From positions 607-64,606 of the IMG/VR virus record IMGVR_UViG_3300009873_000022: a DNA stretch of 64,000 nucleotides. One strand, 5' to 3'. The notes beneath the pieces are model-generated. The model was not told the origin of the DNA. It did not search any database and saw nothing but the letters and a program-made list of their open reading frames with translations. How positions within the stretch are numbered: the first letter of the stretch is position 1; each line of letters starts with the position of its first letter. The translations under genes and the position numbers were made by a program. Source of the stretch: a virus. Shown piece by piece: positions 47,444-55,719 of this stretch.

Positions 47444-47856
47444 GGACCCTCCTTCACCACGTGTGAGGCGAGAATGACACTGATCACATCGTGAGGGCTG
47501 ACCCCGGCCACGGTCGCTATCTCCTGCATCTTCTTGGTCAGTTGATCATTCAACCTGATTGGAACAGCAATAGAACTGATTTCAACATCAGACTTGTCTT
47601 CCGCTTCAATCCGCCTCTCAATCTCCCTGTTGAGGCGTCGTGTCTCTTCGCGCTTCTGCTCCTCTTCTTCGGTAGCCAGAGTAGCTTTGATTGCCTCTGC
47701 CAAAGTAGTGATGGCGACAAAGAGTTCTTCGCGTGGAAGCCTCTTCGTGACATTGGCCAGCCAGTCTCTCAATTCAATCATGTCCAAGGGCGTCCCAGGA
47801 CTCCATTGAAACGTGGTGCTCATATCTTGTTCCTCTCTTCGGCTCTTGTATTCCAC
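47440..47856 (-). CDS. hypothetical protein with a possible RHH-like C-terminus
   Basis: 138-aa ORF. Confidence 0.35.
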   Translation of the reverse strand: MEYKSRREEQDMSTTFQWSPGTPLDMIELRDWLANVTKRLPREELFVAITTLAEAIKATLATEEEEQKREETRRLNREIERRIEAEDKSDVEISSIAVPIRLNDQLTKKMQEIATVAGVSPHDVISVILASHVVKEGP

Positions 47857-48182
47857 ATCTTGACGGCTAGCTCTTTCGTGTCATGAAAGCCACAGTGCGC
47901 TCCGCATCCTTTTCCGTACTGCGCATCACAGATGATTGTGAATGCTTTACGGTGTAGTCTATCATTGCCATATAGTTCGTCGCTTGAGATAAGCACGAGT
48001 GTATCGTCTTTGCCACAGAACGGACAGGGCGGATAGGAATGTAGAGTCACTACCCTTTCAATCTCACCTCTTACCCTTTCTATTTCCTTGACCAACTTTG
48101 ACGGTGGACATACCAGCGCGATATCAGTCAGTTCGCGGCGAAGGCGGCTAAGGTGTGGCTCCGCTGATTTCAGATTAATCAT
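47820..48182 (-). CDS. Lar-family restriction-alleviation-like Zn-ribbon protein
   Basis: CPFCG and CGAHCG are present. The C-terminal KMWNTR resembles the Lar-family WNxR. Confidence 0.5.
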   Translation of the reverse strand: MINLKSAEPHLSRLRRELTDIALVCPPSKLVKEIERVRGEIERVVTLHSYPPCPFCGKDDTLVLISSDELYGNDRLHRKAFTIICDAQYGKGCGAHCGFHDTKELAVKMWNTRAEERNKI

Positions 48183-48508
48183 TTGTCTCTCCTGAGGTAG
48201 ACTCGCGCACCGACTGAAATAGAATTGATTCCCTTGTCAATTCCAGTAGAGAGTGATGACATGTGGGAGGCCTCCAATGAAAGATGCACCTTGCCGAACT
48301 TGGGTACATCTACTGGAGTTTCCCACCCTAGGGTCACTCGACCATATGGATTTGCGGACCTGTCTGAAATCCGTGAGAACTTCGTAGTCTCGATCACGCC
48401 ATGCTTGGTAGCATTGACCGAAGTGACTGTTTCAATTCGTGGCAATGATACATCGAGGATTGAAAGGTTCGTTTCCAGGTACAGGCAGCACAGCAGAGCT
48501 TCCATCAT
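48179..48508 (-). CDS. hypothetical protein
   Basis: 109-aa ORF. Confidence 0.35.
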   Translation of the reverse strand: MMEALLCCLYLETNLSILDVSLPRIETVTSVNATKHGVIETTKFSRISDRSANPYGRVTLGWETPVDVPKFGKVHLSLEASHMSSLSTGIDKGINSISVGARVYLRRDK

Positions 48509-48735
48509 ACTCTCCTAACCGACGGTAGTGGCACAGACTGATTCCACTTCTCTTCTTTCATCAACCTCTTTACGATGTTGGTCGCAGACTCCGGACTTTC
48601 TGCGACGTAGGTTGCGTAGTCAGTCGGGTTCCCATACCCCTCATTCCGTGAAAAATCTTTTTCGTGTGTAGTGATAACCCATCCATTAGATGCTTGGCGA
48701 ATTTCGATTACTCTGATTACAGGCTTATCCGACAT
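48505..48735 (-). CDS. hypothetical protein
   Basis: 76-aa ORF. Confidence 0.35.
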   Translation of the reverse strand: MSDKPVIRVIEIRQASNGWVITTHEKDFSRNEGYGNPTDYATYVAESPESATNIVKRLMKEEKWNQSVPLPSVRRV

Positions 48736-49045
48736 TTGAATTCTCCAGTTTTGAACTCAGTTCATTAATCACTTTAGCCGCATCTTCAAGTTTTCCCATT
48801 GACTCTACTAGTGCTGCTCTAGTCGCTACCAGTATGACCTCCAGTAGTCCTACGGCAAGAATGGTCACTGCATTGATTCCGAACAACAGAGCCACTAGAA
48901 AATCACCGTGGCCTACGGAAACTCCTGCACCGAATATGAACAGCAGAGCTATCAGAACCGATGGAGTATGTGGTCTTGCCTTCATACGAATTTTCCCCCT
49001 TCTGCAAACTTTCCATACGGGAGATTGAATTCCTGATGGCTCCAC
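48725..49045 (-). CDS. membrane protein
   Basis: 106-aa ORF with several hydrophobic helices. Confidence 0.4.
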   Translation of the reverse strand: MEPSGIQSPVWKVCRRGKIRMKARPHTPSVLIALLFIFGAGVSVGHGDFLVALLFGINAVTILAVGLLEVILVATRAALVESMGKLEDAAKVINELSSKLENSNVG

Positions 49046-49284
49046 ACCTCACCCATGATTCGGTCACTGTTGAGCATGACGAAGAATGCACCTAGCCATT
49101 CCTCTCGTTTCTTCAGTGCCTTCCTTCGAAGTGCGATTGGCCGATTAGAGTCAAGACACTTGGCATGATGGACGTTAGAGTACCAGACTGACAGAATCAA
49201 TCCGGTCAAACTGGCCAGTGCCATGTTCTCATCGTATGCTATTCCCTTTCGTGTCTTGCGAATTTCGGTTTGCAGCTCCTTCAC
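48982..49284 (-). CDS. hypothetical protein
   Basis: 100-aa ORF that overlaps the next ORF, so the start is uncertain. Confidence 0.3.
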   Translation of the reverse strand: MKELQTEIRKTRKGIAYDENMALASLTGLILSVWYSNVHHAKCLDSNRPIALRRKALKKREEWLGAFFVMLNSDRIMGEVWSHQEFNLPYGKFAEGGKFV

Positions 49285-49449
49285 TATCTCGACTATCCAC
49301 GCGACCTAGTCAGTACTTGAGTGACCCTTGTACTTTCCTTTCGTTCGTGGTGGAGTAGAGTGCTTCTGTATCAGCTCCTCACATCTCTCTACCCATTCTC
49401 TGACTGATTTTCTCTTCATGGCGTCCTCTGTTTGGTGGCCCTGCCAGTG

Positions 49450-49760
49450 GCCTCGCCGCGCCTAGCACATAGCGCGGCAGGCTGGCAAGCAATTTAACAA
49501 TAATTCAACCCGGCCCCGGCTGGCCCTGCCTGCCCCGGCCCACATGCCCCGGCCCAAGCCCCGCGAGCTCTGGCGCGAGCCCCATGGGCCCCGGCTGGCC
49601 TATTACCTGCCCCGGCTGGCCCCGGTTTGCCAGCCCTGCCCCGGCTGGCCTGCCCCGGCTGGCCCTGCCCGGTTTGCGCAACCTGCCAGCCTGTAGCGGC
49701 CCGTGGTGGGCCGTGGGGCCTAATAACAGCGGGGGCACCAAGCCCTGTGAGCCCCAAGCA
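49450..49760. repeat. GC-rich intergenic repeat block with at least 5 copies of TGCCCCGGCTGGCC and G-tracts on the minus strand, preceded by the hairpin GCCGCGC...GCGCGGC
   Basis: The block is visible in the sequence, and its local GC is far above the roughly 50% of the rest of the window. The collagen-like ORFs called here are artefacts. Confidence 0.7.
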
Positions 49761-50085
49761 GCCCGCTACAATCCGGGCAGGCACTCGGGTCACGCGGCTT
49801 GTCAACGTTCATGGCGGCGGACTGCTCCATGTTTTGCCGGATGCGCTCCTGAGTTTCCCTTTCCTCAAGGATCTCAATGTACTTCTGGAGATAGTGCTGT
49901 GCCTTCTTCAGATCCTCGATTCCATTTTTCTTTTTGTGACGGAACACATACTTGGTGATGTTCCCTTGGAAGTAGTCGAGATTGAAGATATTCACTACAT
50001 CCCAGTGTTCAATGCCTCCGGTCTGATAGTGACTACCACCGACTTGAGTTTCGTTTGCCTTACTTGTAGACTGGCCAACCATGAT
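49720..50085 (-). CDS. DUF3310-like protein
   Basis: The motif GGSHYQTGGIEHWDV is present. The internal start MVGQ avoids overlap with the HD gene. Confidence 0.4.
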   Translation of the reverse strand: MMVGQSTSKANETQVGGSHYQTGGIEHWDVVNIFNLDYFQGNITKYVFRHKKKNGIEDLKKAQHYLQKYIEILEERETQERIRQNMEQSAAMNVDKPRDPSACPDCSGLLGAHRAWCPRCY

Positions 50086-50629
50086 AGGTCTCCTGTACCA
50101 AAGCGAGTGAGTAACGGGCCTCGAAGGCCATGCTGAATACCTCATAGAGCCACTTGGTCTGCTCATTGATATCCATGAGTCCACGTTCGCGTATGGCAGT
50201 GAGTCCATTCATGGCAACCGTGGCCATGATTCTGTTTCCACTGTCTACCTCCTCCATTGAGAAGATCACCAGCTCCATGATGTCACAGAATTTAAGTACG
50301 CGCTTCTCAATGCCACTCAGCTCCGTGTGCATACTGAATTCATTCTTGATCCGCTCCTCGACTACGCGAAGCGCTGACTCGAGTTCTGGGTGACGCCACT
50401 TGACCGGAGATGGAACATCACCAGTGATCCCCTCTGGTGCGTCATGGTACAGTGCTGCTCGCCACAGTGCTTTCGATGCGGTCGGTAGCACAATATCAAT
50501 CAATGCCAGTATCCCGAACGTGTGCTCACCAACTGTCTGTTGATGCACAGGAGGAAGAGTGTGAAGCCGCTTTACTCTGGCAACCACTCGCATCAACTTC
50601 AGCCTGTCGAATTCTTGTTTACCGTACAT
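50060..50629 (-). CDS. HD-domain phosphohydrolase (YfbR-like 5'-deoxynucleotidase family)
   Basis: H...HD...D is present as HTFGILALID...YHDAPEGITGD. Confidence 0.7.
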   Translation of the reverse strand: MYGKQEFDRLKLMRVVARVKRLHTLPPVHQQTVGEHTFGILALIDIVLPTASKALWRAALYHDAPEGITGDVPSPVKWRHPELESALRVVEERIKNEFSMHTELSGIEKRVLKFCDIMELVIFSMEEVDSGNRIMATVAMNGLTAIRERGLMDINEQTKWLYEVFSMAFEARYSLALVQETYHGWPVYK

Positions 50630-50630
50630 G

Positions 50631-51665
50631 TCAACCTCCCTTCACAGACATTCTGCGCTGAAGCCATTCAATGCAGGCGATCTTCCAGTCTTCCGCCTTG
50701 CAGTGTGCAGCCAGATGGTTGATTGCCTCTTGGGTTTGTCCGGCCTTGTGCATGTCCCACGCCAGTTGAATGGGGAAGAAGACATCCAGGAAGTACGAAT
50801 CATAGTGCCCACACTGTTCCCTGTGCGCGCCTTCCATCACTTCTAGCAGTTGGAACAACCACTCTTCCCATCTTGTGCCATTGATCAATGGGTACGGCTT
50901 GATGTTCTGTGTGGCGTACCTATCCACGCTCGCCGGGCTGGACCGCACCTTCAACCATGCGTCCTGTTGAGTGTAGACATGAAAGCTGTCGCTCACTTGG
51001 ATGTATGACCCTACCTCTACGCGCAAGGCGCGAGCCACGAATTCTTGAATGGTGCTGAACTGTACTGCGTTCGCTCCGTATGCTCCCCAGATGGCGTCGT
51101 TGCTGCGGCAGCTTACCGTGATGTTCAACCTTCCATCGCGCAACTTGAAGAAGATCAGATCATTGCACGGGATATCCTTCGAATTAGCCCCGAGGTCTGC
51201 AATTGGATCCCAGATGGCCACCACTGCGCGACGAGTATCTGGATCGTCACCAAGAAGTCTGATGACGCGACGGAGCTGATCAATTCCATGGAATGCCCTG
51301 ATTCGAAAGCCGTAAGCTCCGTGGAATGTCTCTCCATTGTCACTGTACTCAGACATCTTCTTGTTATAGCGAGTCAGTGTCGCTACGTCATTGCGCCCAT
51401 CGATGATCCACAGAGCCTCCATGAAATGGAAAAACGGATTCGCGTCTCTTTCTGGCGAAAAGAGCACACGCTCATCCGGTCGCAGGTACTCTGTAATCCA
51501 CAGACCCTTGTACTCCGCTGTCTCCATTCCACGGGGAGATATCACCCTCCAATTCTCCGAGTCTTGAATGGCCTCGACCGCACTGATCCTGAGATTGTTC
51601 AGTGCCTGATTCACATTTCTTACCACGACTGATCTAATCACTTCTTTCTCCTTTTGATTTCCCAC
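50631..51665 (-). CDS. thymidylate synthase-family enzyme (ThyA or dUMP hydroxymethylase; Cys nucleophile retained with His replaced by Asn)
   Basis: The protein aligns by eye to ThyA. LWIIDGRND aligns to LWFLQGDTN. AYGFRIRAF aligns to VYGKQWRAW. DPDTRRAVVAIWDP aligns to DPDSRRIIVSAWN. IPCNDLIFF aligns to APCHAFFQF. RSNDAIWGAYGAN aligns to RSCDVFLGLPFN, and the uracil-specific Asn is kept. Confidence 0.8.
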   Translation of the reverse strand: MGNQKEKEVIRSVVVRNVNQALNNLRISAVEAIQDSENWRVISPRGMETAEYKGLWITEYLRPDERVLFSPERDANPFFHFMEALWIIDGRNDVATLTRYNKKMSEYSDNGETFHGAYGFRIRAFHGIDQLRRVIRLLGDDPDTRRAVVAIWDPIADLGANSKDIPCNDLIFFKLRDGRLNITVSCRSNDAIWGAYGANAVQFSTIQEFVARALRVEVGSYIQVSDSFHVYTQQDAWLKVRSSPASVDRYATQNIKPYPLINGTRWEEWLFQLLEVMEGAHREQCGHYDSYFLDVFFPIQLAWDMHKAGQTQEAINHLAAHCKAEDWKIACIEWLQRRMSVKGG

Positions 51666-52648
51666 GGTCTAAGTACAACTTCTGACAGCGTCCTTATCTT
51701 GGTAGCGCCATCAACGGCCGTTCTATCACTGCCGGTAGGCATTCTCAATTCTTTCTTGCCCTTCTTGTCGGGTAGCAGCCCAACACGGTATGACTTGGCA
51801 TCACACACGTTGCACGGCTTCAACGAAGCTCTGTCACCTTGCATCAAGAATCTTCTTGCCGCCATGAACTCATTACCGTTCCACACGGCATCGAGGCCGT
51901 CCTTCACGATGTTTCCACACTGATATACGCCGCGCCAGTCATTACAGCAGATGGCCACTTCTCCATCCCATCGAATGGATAACTCACGGAATGGCTTCGC
52001 GCATCTGGCCTTCAACGGTTCTTTCAGTCCGGGGGAGCCAGAGCCGCAATGATTGTTCAGTGTCGAGTGTGTCCCGGCCTGCGCTACACTGATATCCTGT
52101 ACGCGAATGAATACTCGCGCCTTGTGCCCGTATCTGTTGTGTGGTGACCAGTCCTTTTCTTGTGGATAGGCATGTACTTCGAACACGTTTGAATCGAACG
52201 ATGAGAATTGTTCTGTGTTCGAAAACAGAATCGGGTCAATCTTGTCCTTGATCTTCACATACTCATAGGCATCGAATGCAAATACATTCAAGCCTGCATC
52301 AAACAGCTCTCTCAATGACTCGAACACTCCGGGTGGACGCAATAGCCCACCACCATTGGATGTCATCATCAACTGTACATTCGGCAGATACCTGCGGAAT
52401 GCCTTGACGATCTTGATGTAGTTAGGGTTCATCGTCGGTTCGCCATGCATTGCGAACTCAATGCGAGGATTCCACCCTGCCTCTGCAATCTGACCAGCGA
52501 TACTCTTGGCAGTAGCCACGGTCATGAACTTGAAATTCTTCTCCTTCTGTGTGCGGATACCCTGTAGCCCACAGAAGTCGCAATAGAGGTTGCAGCCCTC
52601 ACTGAGTTCCACCTGTACGGCGAACGGAGCTTCTTGTCTGTACTTCAT
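51638..52648 (-). CDS. radical SAM enzyme with a SPASM-like C-terminal domain
   Basis: The CxxxCxxC motif is EGCNLYCDFCG. The C-terminus has CCNDWRGVYQCGN...CNVCD. Confidence 0.8.
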   Translation of the reverse strand: MKYRQEAPFAVQVELSEGCNLYCDFCGLQGIRTQKEKNFKFMTVATAKSIAGQIAEAGWNPRIEFAMHGEPTMNPNYIKIVKAFRRYLPNVQLMMTSNGGGLLRPPGVFESLRELFDAGLNVFAFDAYEYVKIKDKIDPILFSNTEQFSSFDSNVFEVHAYPQEKDWSPHNRYGHKARVFIRVQDISVAQAGTHSTLNNHCGSGSPGLKEPLKARCAKPFRELSIRWDGEVAICCNDWRGVYQCGNIVKDGLDAVWNGNEFMAARRFLMQGDRASLKPCNVCDAKSYRVGLLPDKKGKKELRMPTGSDRTAVDGATKIRTLSEVVLRPWEIKRRKK

Positions 52649-53673
52649 TTCAACATCTCCTCTATGTACATCTGACCGACCAGCTTGGGATCGTGCTCTC
52701 TCAGCAGTCTGTACCCATGATGTACGATCTCTCCAATCGAAGACCTGCGCAGTGGCAGTCCATTCAGTATGGCAGACACATTGAACGCCAGTTCACTTGG
52801 CCCATTGACTGGGATTACGTGCCTCCACTTTCGTAGCTCACCATTGTATCGGAACCAGTCGTAGTGCATGATGTTGACACATCCAGCATCCATGGCCTCC
52901 ATCTGCGCGTACTGTGTGCCACCTCCATCATCTGGAAACCATGTCATGTCCACGTTCACCGTAGCTGCCGCAGCCAATCTCACTGGAGCATCAAAAGTCA
53001 TGGGATACTGAAAGGTCTTACCACTCTGCTGAAAGACATCACCGTATTTCGCTTCGAGTTGCTTGGTGTACATGCGAAATTCAGCGCCCAGAAGCTTCAC
53101 CCTGTACTGTGGCTCGAGCATCCTGTTTGCCTCCAGCACGATCCTCGGGCGTTTGACACTGGCAATTCGCGCAATGGATATCGCTTCATTTCTCCTGCGA
53201 ATCTCAGGAAACGGACCAGCACGCATGTATGGATGTGGAATCCACACTGCGTCCTTGTAGAAGTGCCGTATCGTTGGACGGATACAGATGGGCCGCGTTG
53301 CCAGTTTGGTGACCTTTCCCAAATGATCGTAGATCGTGAATTCATTTGGGTCATGAATGACGGTGCGCATACCATCGGCCATCAAGCGCATGATCATATC
53401 TGGAGGAGTGAGGTACTTGGAATTCGCCGGTGATCCCATCACGGTAGGCATGTCTTTGACTATGGTCCTAGCCTCGCTGAATGTGATGTTCCTGTATTTC
53501 ACTCCTTCATACTGTGCAAAGTTTCGTAGCCTCTCTGGCGGTTCGCCACGAGGTTTGACACGAAGTATCACGGGTTCGTGTCCAGCGGCTTCGAACGCTT
53601 TGAACAAGTGCGCAGTGAACGTGGATGTTCCGCCTCCAAGGTACGGGCGAAAGAAGAATATTCCTACTTTCAT
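52645..53673 (-). CDS. GT-B fold glycosyltransferase, possibly DNA-modifying (the N-terminus recalls T4 alpha-glucosyltransferase)
   Basis: MKVGIFFFRPYLGGGTSTF...AAGHEPVILRV is compared with the T4 AGT N-terminus MRICIFMARGLEGCGVTKF...GHEVTLV as recalled from memory. Confidence 0.45.
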   Translation of the reverse strand: MKVGIFFFRPYLGGGTSTFTAHLFKAFEAAGHEPVILRVKPRGEPPERLRNFAQYEGVKYRNITFSEARTIVKDMPTVMGSPANSKYLTPPDMIMRLMADGMRTVIHDPNEFTIYDHLGKVTKLATRPICIRPTIRHFYKDAVWIPHPYMRAGPFPEIRRRNEAISIARIASVKRPRIVLEANRMLEPQYRVKLLGAEFRMYTKQLEAKYGDVFQQSGKTFQYPMTFDAPVRLAAAATVNVDMTWFPDDGGGTQYAQMEAMDAGCVNIMHYDWFRYNGELRKWRHVIPVNGPSELAFNVSAILNGLPLRRSSIGEIVHHGYRLLREHDPKLVGQMYIEEMLK

Positions 53674-53792
53674 CTATGGGCTCCCAGCGATATCGCCTTA
53701 CAATGAACACACTGGTAGACACCACCCTTGAGATGATTGAACTTGAACTCCCATTTGCAGTTAAGGAATAGACACCTGATTGAGTACCTCAT
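53670..53792 (-). CDS. possible 40-aa Zn-ribbon microprotein, translationally coupled (ATGA overlap)
   Basis: The sequence MRYSIRCLFLNCKWEFKFNHLKGGVYQCVHCKAISLGAHR has CxxxxC...CxxC. The longer track ORF 53670..53918 overlaps the upstream gene. Confidence 0.25.
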   Translation of the reverse strand: MRYSIRCLFLNCKWEFKFNHLKGGVYQCVHCKAISLGAHR

Positions 53793-54664
53793 ATGATCCC
53801 TTCCCCTTTCAACTTGCTCACGTTCAATTGCAACTCGAAATTGAAATGCGGCAACTCGTACGGAAAAGCCTTGCGCCAATTGATACGAACATCGGTGCGT
53901 TCTTTCATTCCTTCCCACGATGTAGCACCGATCACTTTCTTTCGAACAACGGTTACGTACTTGGGATGCGCATCACGCAGCATGTGTGCCGCCTTGGCCT
54001 GTGTCTCTTCGTTACGGTAGATACTGCACCCTCCCTTCATATTAGACCCGGTCTGGTTCCAGCAGTAGTCGTAGACACAGGCATTTGGAATTCCACGCTC
54101 AAGAAGCGACAATGTCACGTGAAAGTCCTCCATGACCCTGTACTCATCGAACCTTAGCCCGGTCTTGGCAAACTCTTTGATGTTGAACCCATGAACATTG
54201 TTGATGCGCGTACACCATCTGTAAGGGCTTAGATAGTGTGATGAATCTACACGGCTAGACAACCCTGTCTGCACGATTCCCATGCTGAGTGGCCTGACCA
54301 TCATGTAGAGCATGTGCCTCATGTCAGGTGCAGTGGCCTTCACTAGTTTGATGGCTCTTGGTCTTTCTCTACGGTAGAAGTAGAGGTCGTCATCGAACAT
54401 CAGAGCATACTTGGTAGGGCAATGATCAAGTATCCACTGTCTGGTCTTGCCAATCCCCTTCTTTGATATACCCAAGACCTTGAATAGTGAATTTGGGTGA
54501 TGCTGTCTGTATTCAGATACCTCATCAATTGGCACTACGACCCTGACCTTGCCAGCCTCTGAAAGTTCTACTGGCATGGCATAGAACGTTCGCACATCTG
54601 CGGCCCTACCCCTACTGGGAATGTAGATGGTAGTGTCTTCCATCAACTCTTCGTACGAACTCAT
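53789..54664 (-). CDS. putative GT-A fold glycosyltransferase (DxD-like MFDDDLYFY)
   Basis: The N-terminus IYIPSRGR is Rossmann-like and an acidic DDD motif is present. The protein is 291 aa. Confidence 0.4.
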   Translation of the reverse strand: MSSYEELMEDTTIYIPSRGRAADVRTFYAMPVELSEAGKVRVVVPIDEVSEYRQHHPNSLFKVLGISKKGIGKTRQWILDHCPTKYALMFDDDLYFYRRERPRAIKLVKATAPDMRHMLYMMVRPLSMGIVQTGLSSRVDSSHYLSPYRWCTRINNVHGFNIKEFAKTGLRFDEYRVMEDFHVTLSLLERGIPNACVYDYCWNQTGSNMKGGCSIYRNEETQAKAAHMLRDAHPKYVTVVRKKVIGATSWEGMKERTDVRINWRKAFPYELPHFNFELQLNVSKLKGEGII

Positions 54665-54672
54665 GAGTGCTC

Positions 54673-55662
54673 CTATAATGGTAACTCGTGCTGTAGTGTC
54701 CCCACTCCTGTCGGTGTGAAAAGACTGCGCGGCCTTCCCTCACCATTCTTGACGCGCATGTACTTGTCGAACTCGCAGAGTGAATGTTCAATCTCTCGCA
54801 TCTCGAATGGAAGTTCCGTTCCACGTGCATGTGCTTTGGAGTATACGAACATGTTGAACCAACTCCCCTGTATCAGAAGATCTCGCATGACAGCATTGTA
54901 ATCAATCTTCCTGTACTTCTTGGTCTTTGGACGTTCAGCGCTGCCAGTCAGCAATCGATGAATGCCGCGCTTCGCACCGGGTCCGGGGTTGGCCCATGAC
55001 TCACTGTCAATGTTCTTGGCAAGGACCCTAGTGTACCTTAGATCACACGCTATCTCATATGCAACGAATGGCCCAATGGTATAGATCTCGCTCAGTGCCT
55101 CGACTGCCTTTTCCATTGAGCGATGATTCGCTATCTGCGCCGCCAGTTCATCGCGCTTTTCAAAGAGTTCCTGTAGTGCCTCACATATGACAACGATCTT
55201 TGACTCCTTTCGCCCGCCAGATGTAACGATGTACGCGCCAGTGAATATCTGCTTTCCCTCTGCTTTTCGTTTCTCCAGAATCTTGATGGCACGATCTTTG
55301 ACCCACAGGTTCTTCGACCACTTTCCCTTGGTGAGTTCGCTACGTGGTAGCCCAAAGAACAGAGCATCGTAGGTCTCTGGCCAATTGAACAGTCGAAACA
55401 TGGCACAGTGGAAGATGATATCACCATCGGTCATTTCCTTACCGCGACCGAGAAGACGTACGAACCGGTCTACCCAAGCGAGTGTCACACGGTCAAGTTG
55501 CCTGAATACATTGGTGAACTTGTATTTGGACAGTATCTTGTCCTTAGTGTATGGTGGGGACCTCTTCTCTACGAATCTGCGTAGATAGATTGAATGACGC
55601 TCATTGATGAAATACCAGAATGTCTTCAATTGAGTTTTCCGGTACGCAATCTTATCGGCCAT
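54673..55662 (-). CDS. hypothetical protein in the DNA-modification-like cluster
   Basis: 329-aa ORF with no recognisable motif by eye. Confidence 0.45.
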   Translation of the reverse strand: MADKIAYRKTQLKTFWYFINERHSIYLRRFVEKRSPPYTKDKILSKYKFTNVFRQLDRVTLAWVDRFVRLLGRGKEMTDGDIIFHCAMFRLFNWPETYDALFFGLPRSELTKGKWSKNLWVKDRAIKILEKRKAEGKQIFTGAYIVTSGGRKESKIVVICEALQELFEKRDELAAQIANHRSMEKAVEALSEIYTIGPFVAYEIACDLRYTRVLAKNIDSESWANPGPGAKRGIHRLLTGSAERPKTKKYRKIDYNAVMRDLLIQGSWFNMFVYSKAHARGTELPFEMREIEHSLCEFDKYMRVKNGEGRPRSLFTPTGVGTLQHELPL

Positions 55663-55719
55663 GAAATTCTCCTTGACGGTGAGGAGGCAGTTTATACGAT
55701 ACTGCCAAACGTTCCAGGA

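Noticed and set aside
49494-49958. Collagen-like Gly/Pro/Ala-rich ORFs (49494..49805 on the minus strand and 49584..49958, 49627..50136 on the plus strand)
   Set aside because: They lie entirely within the GC-rich repeat block, overlap one another and the DUF3310 gene, and have no RBS. They are most likely translation artefacts of the repeats.
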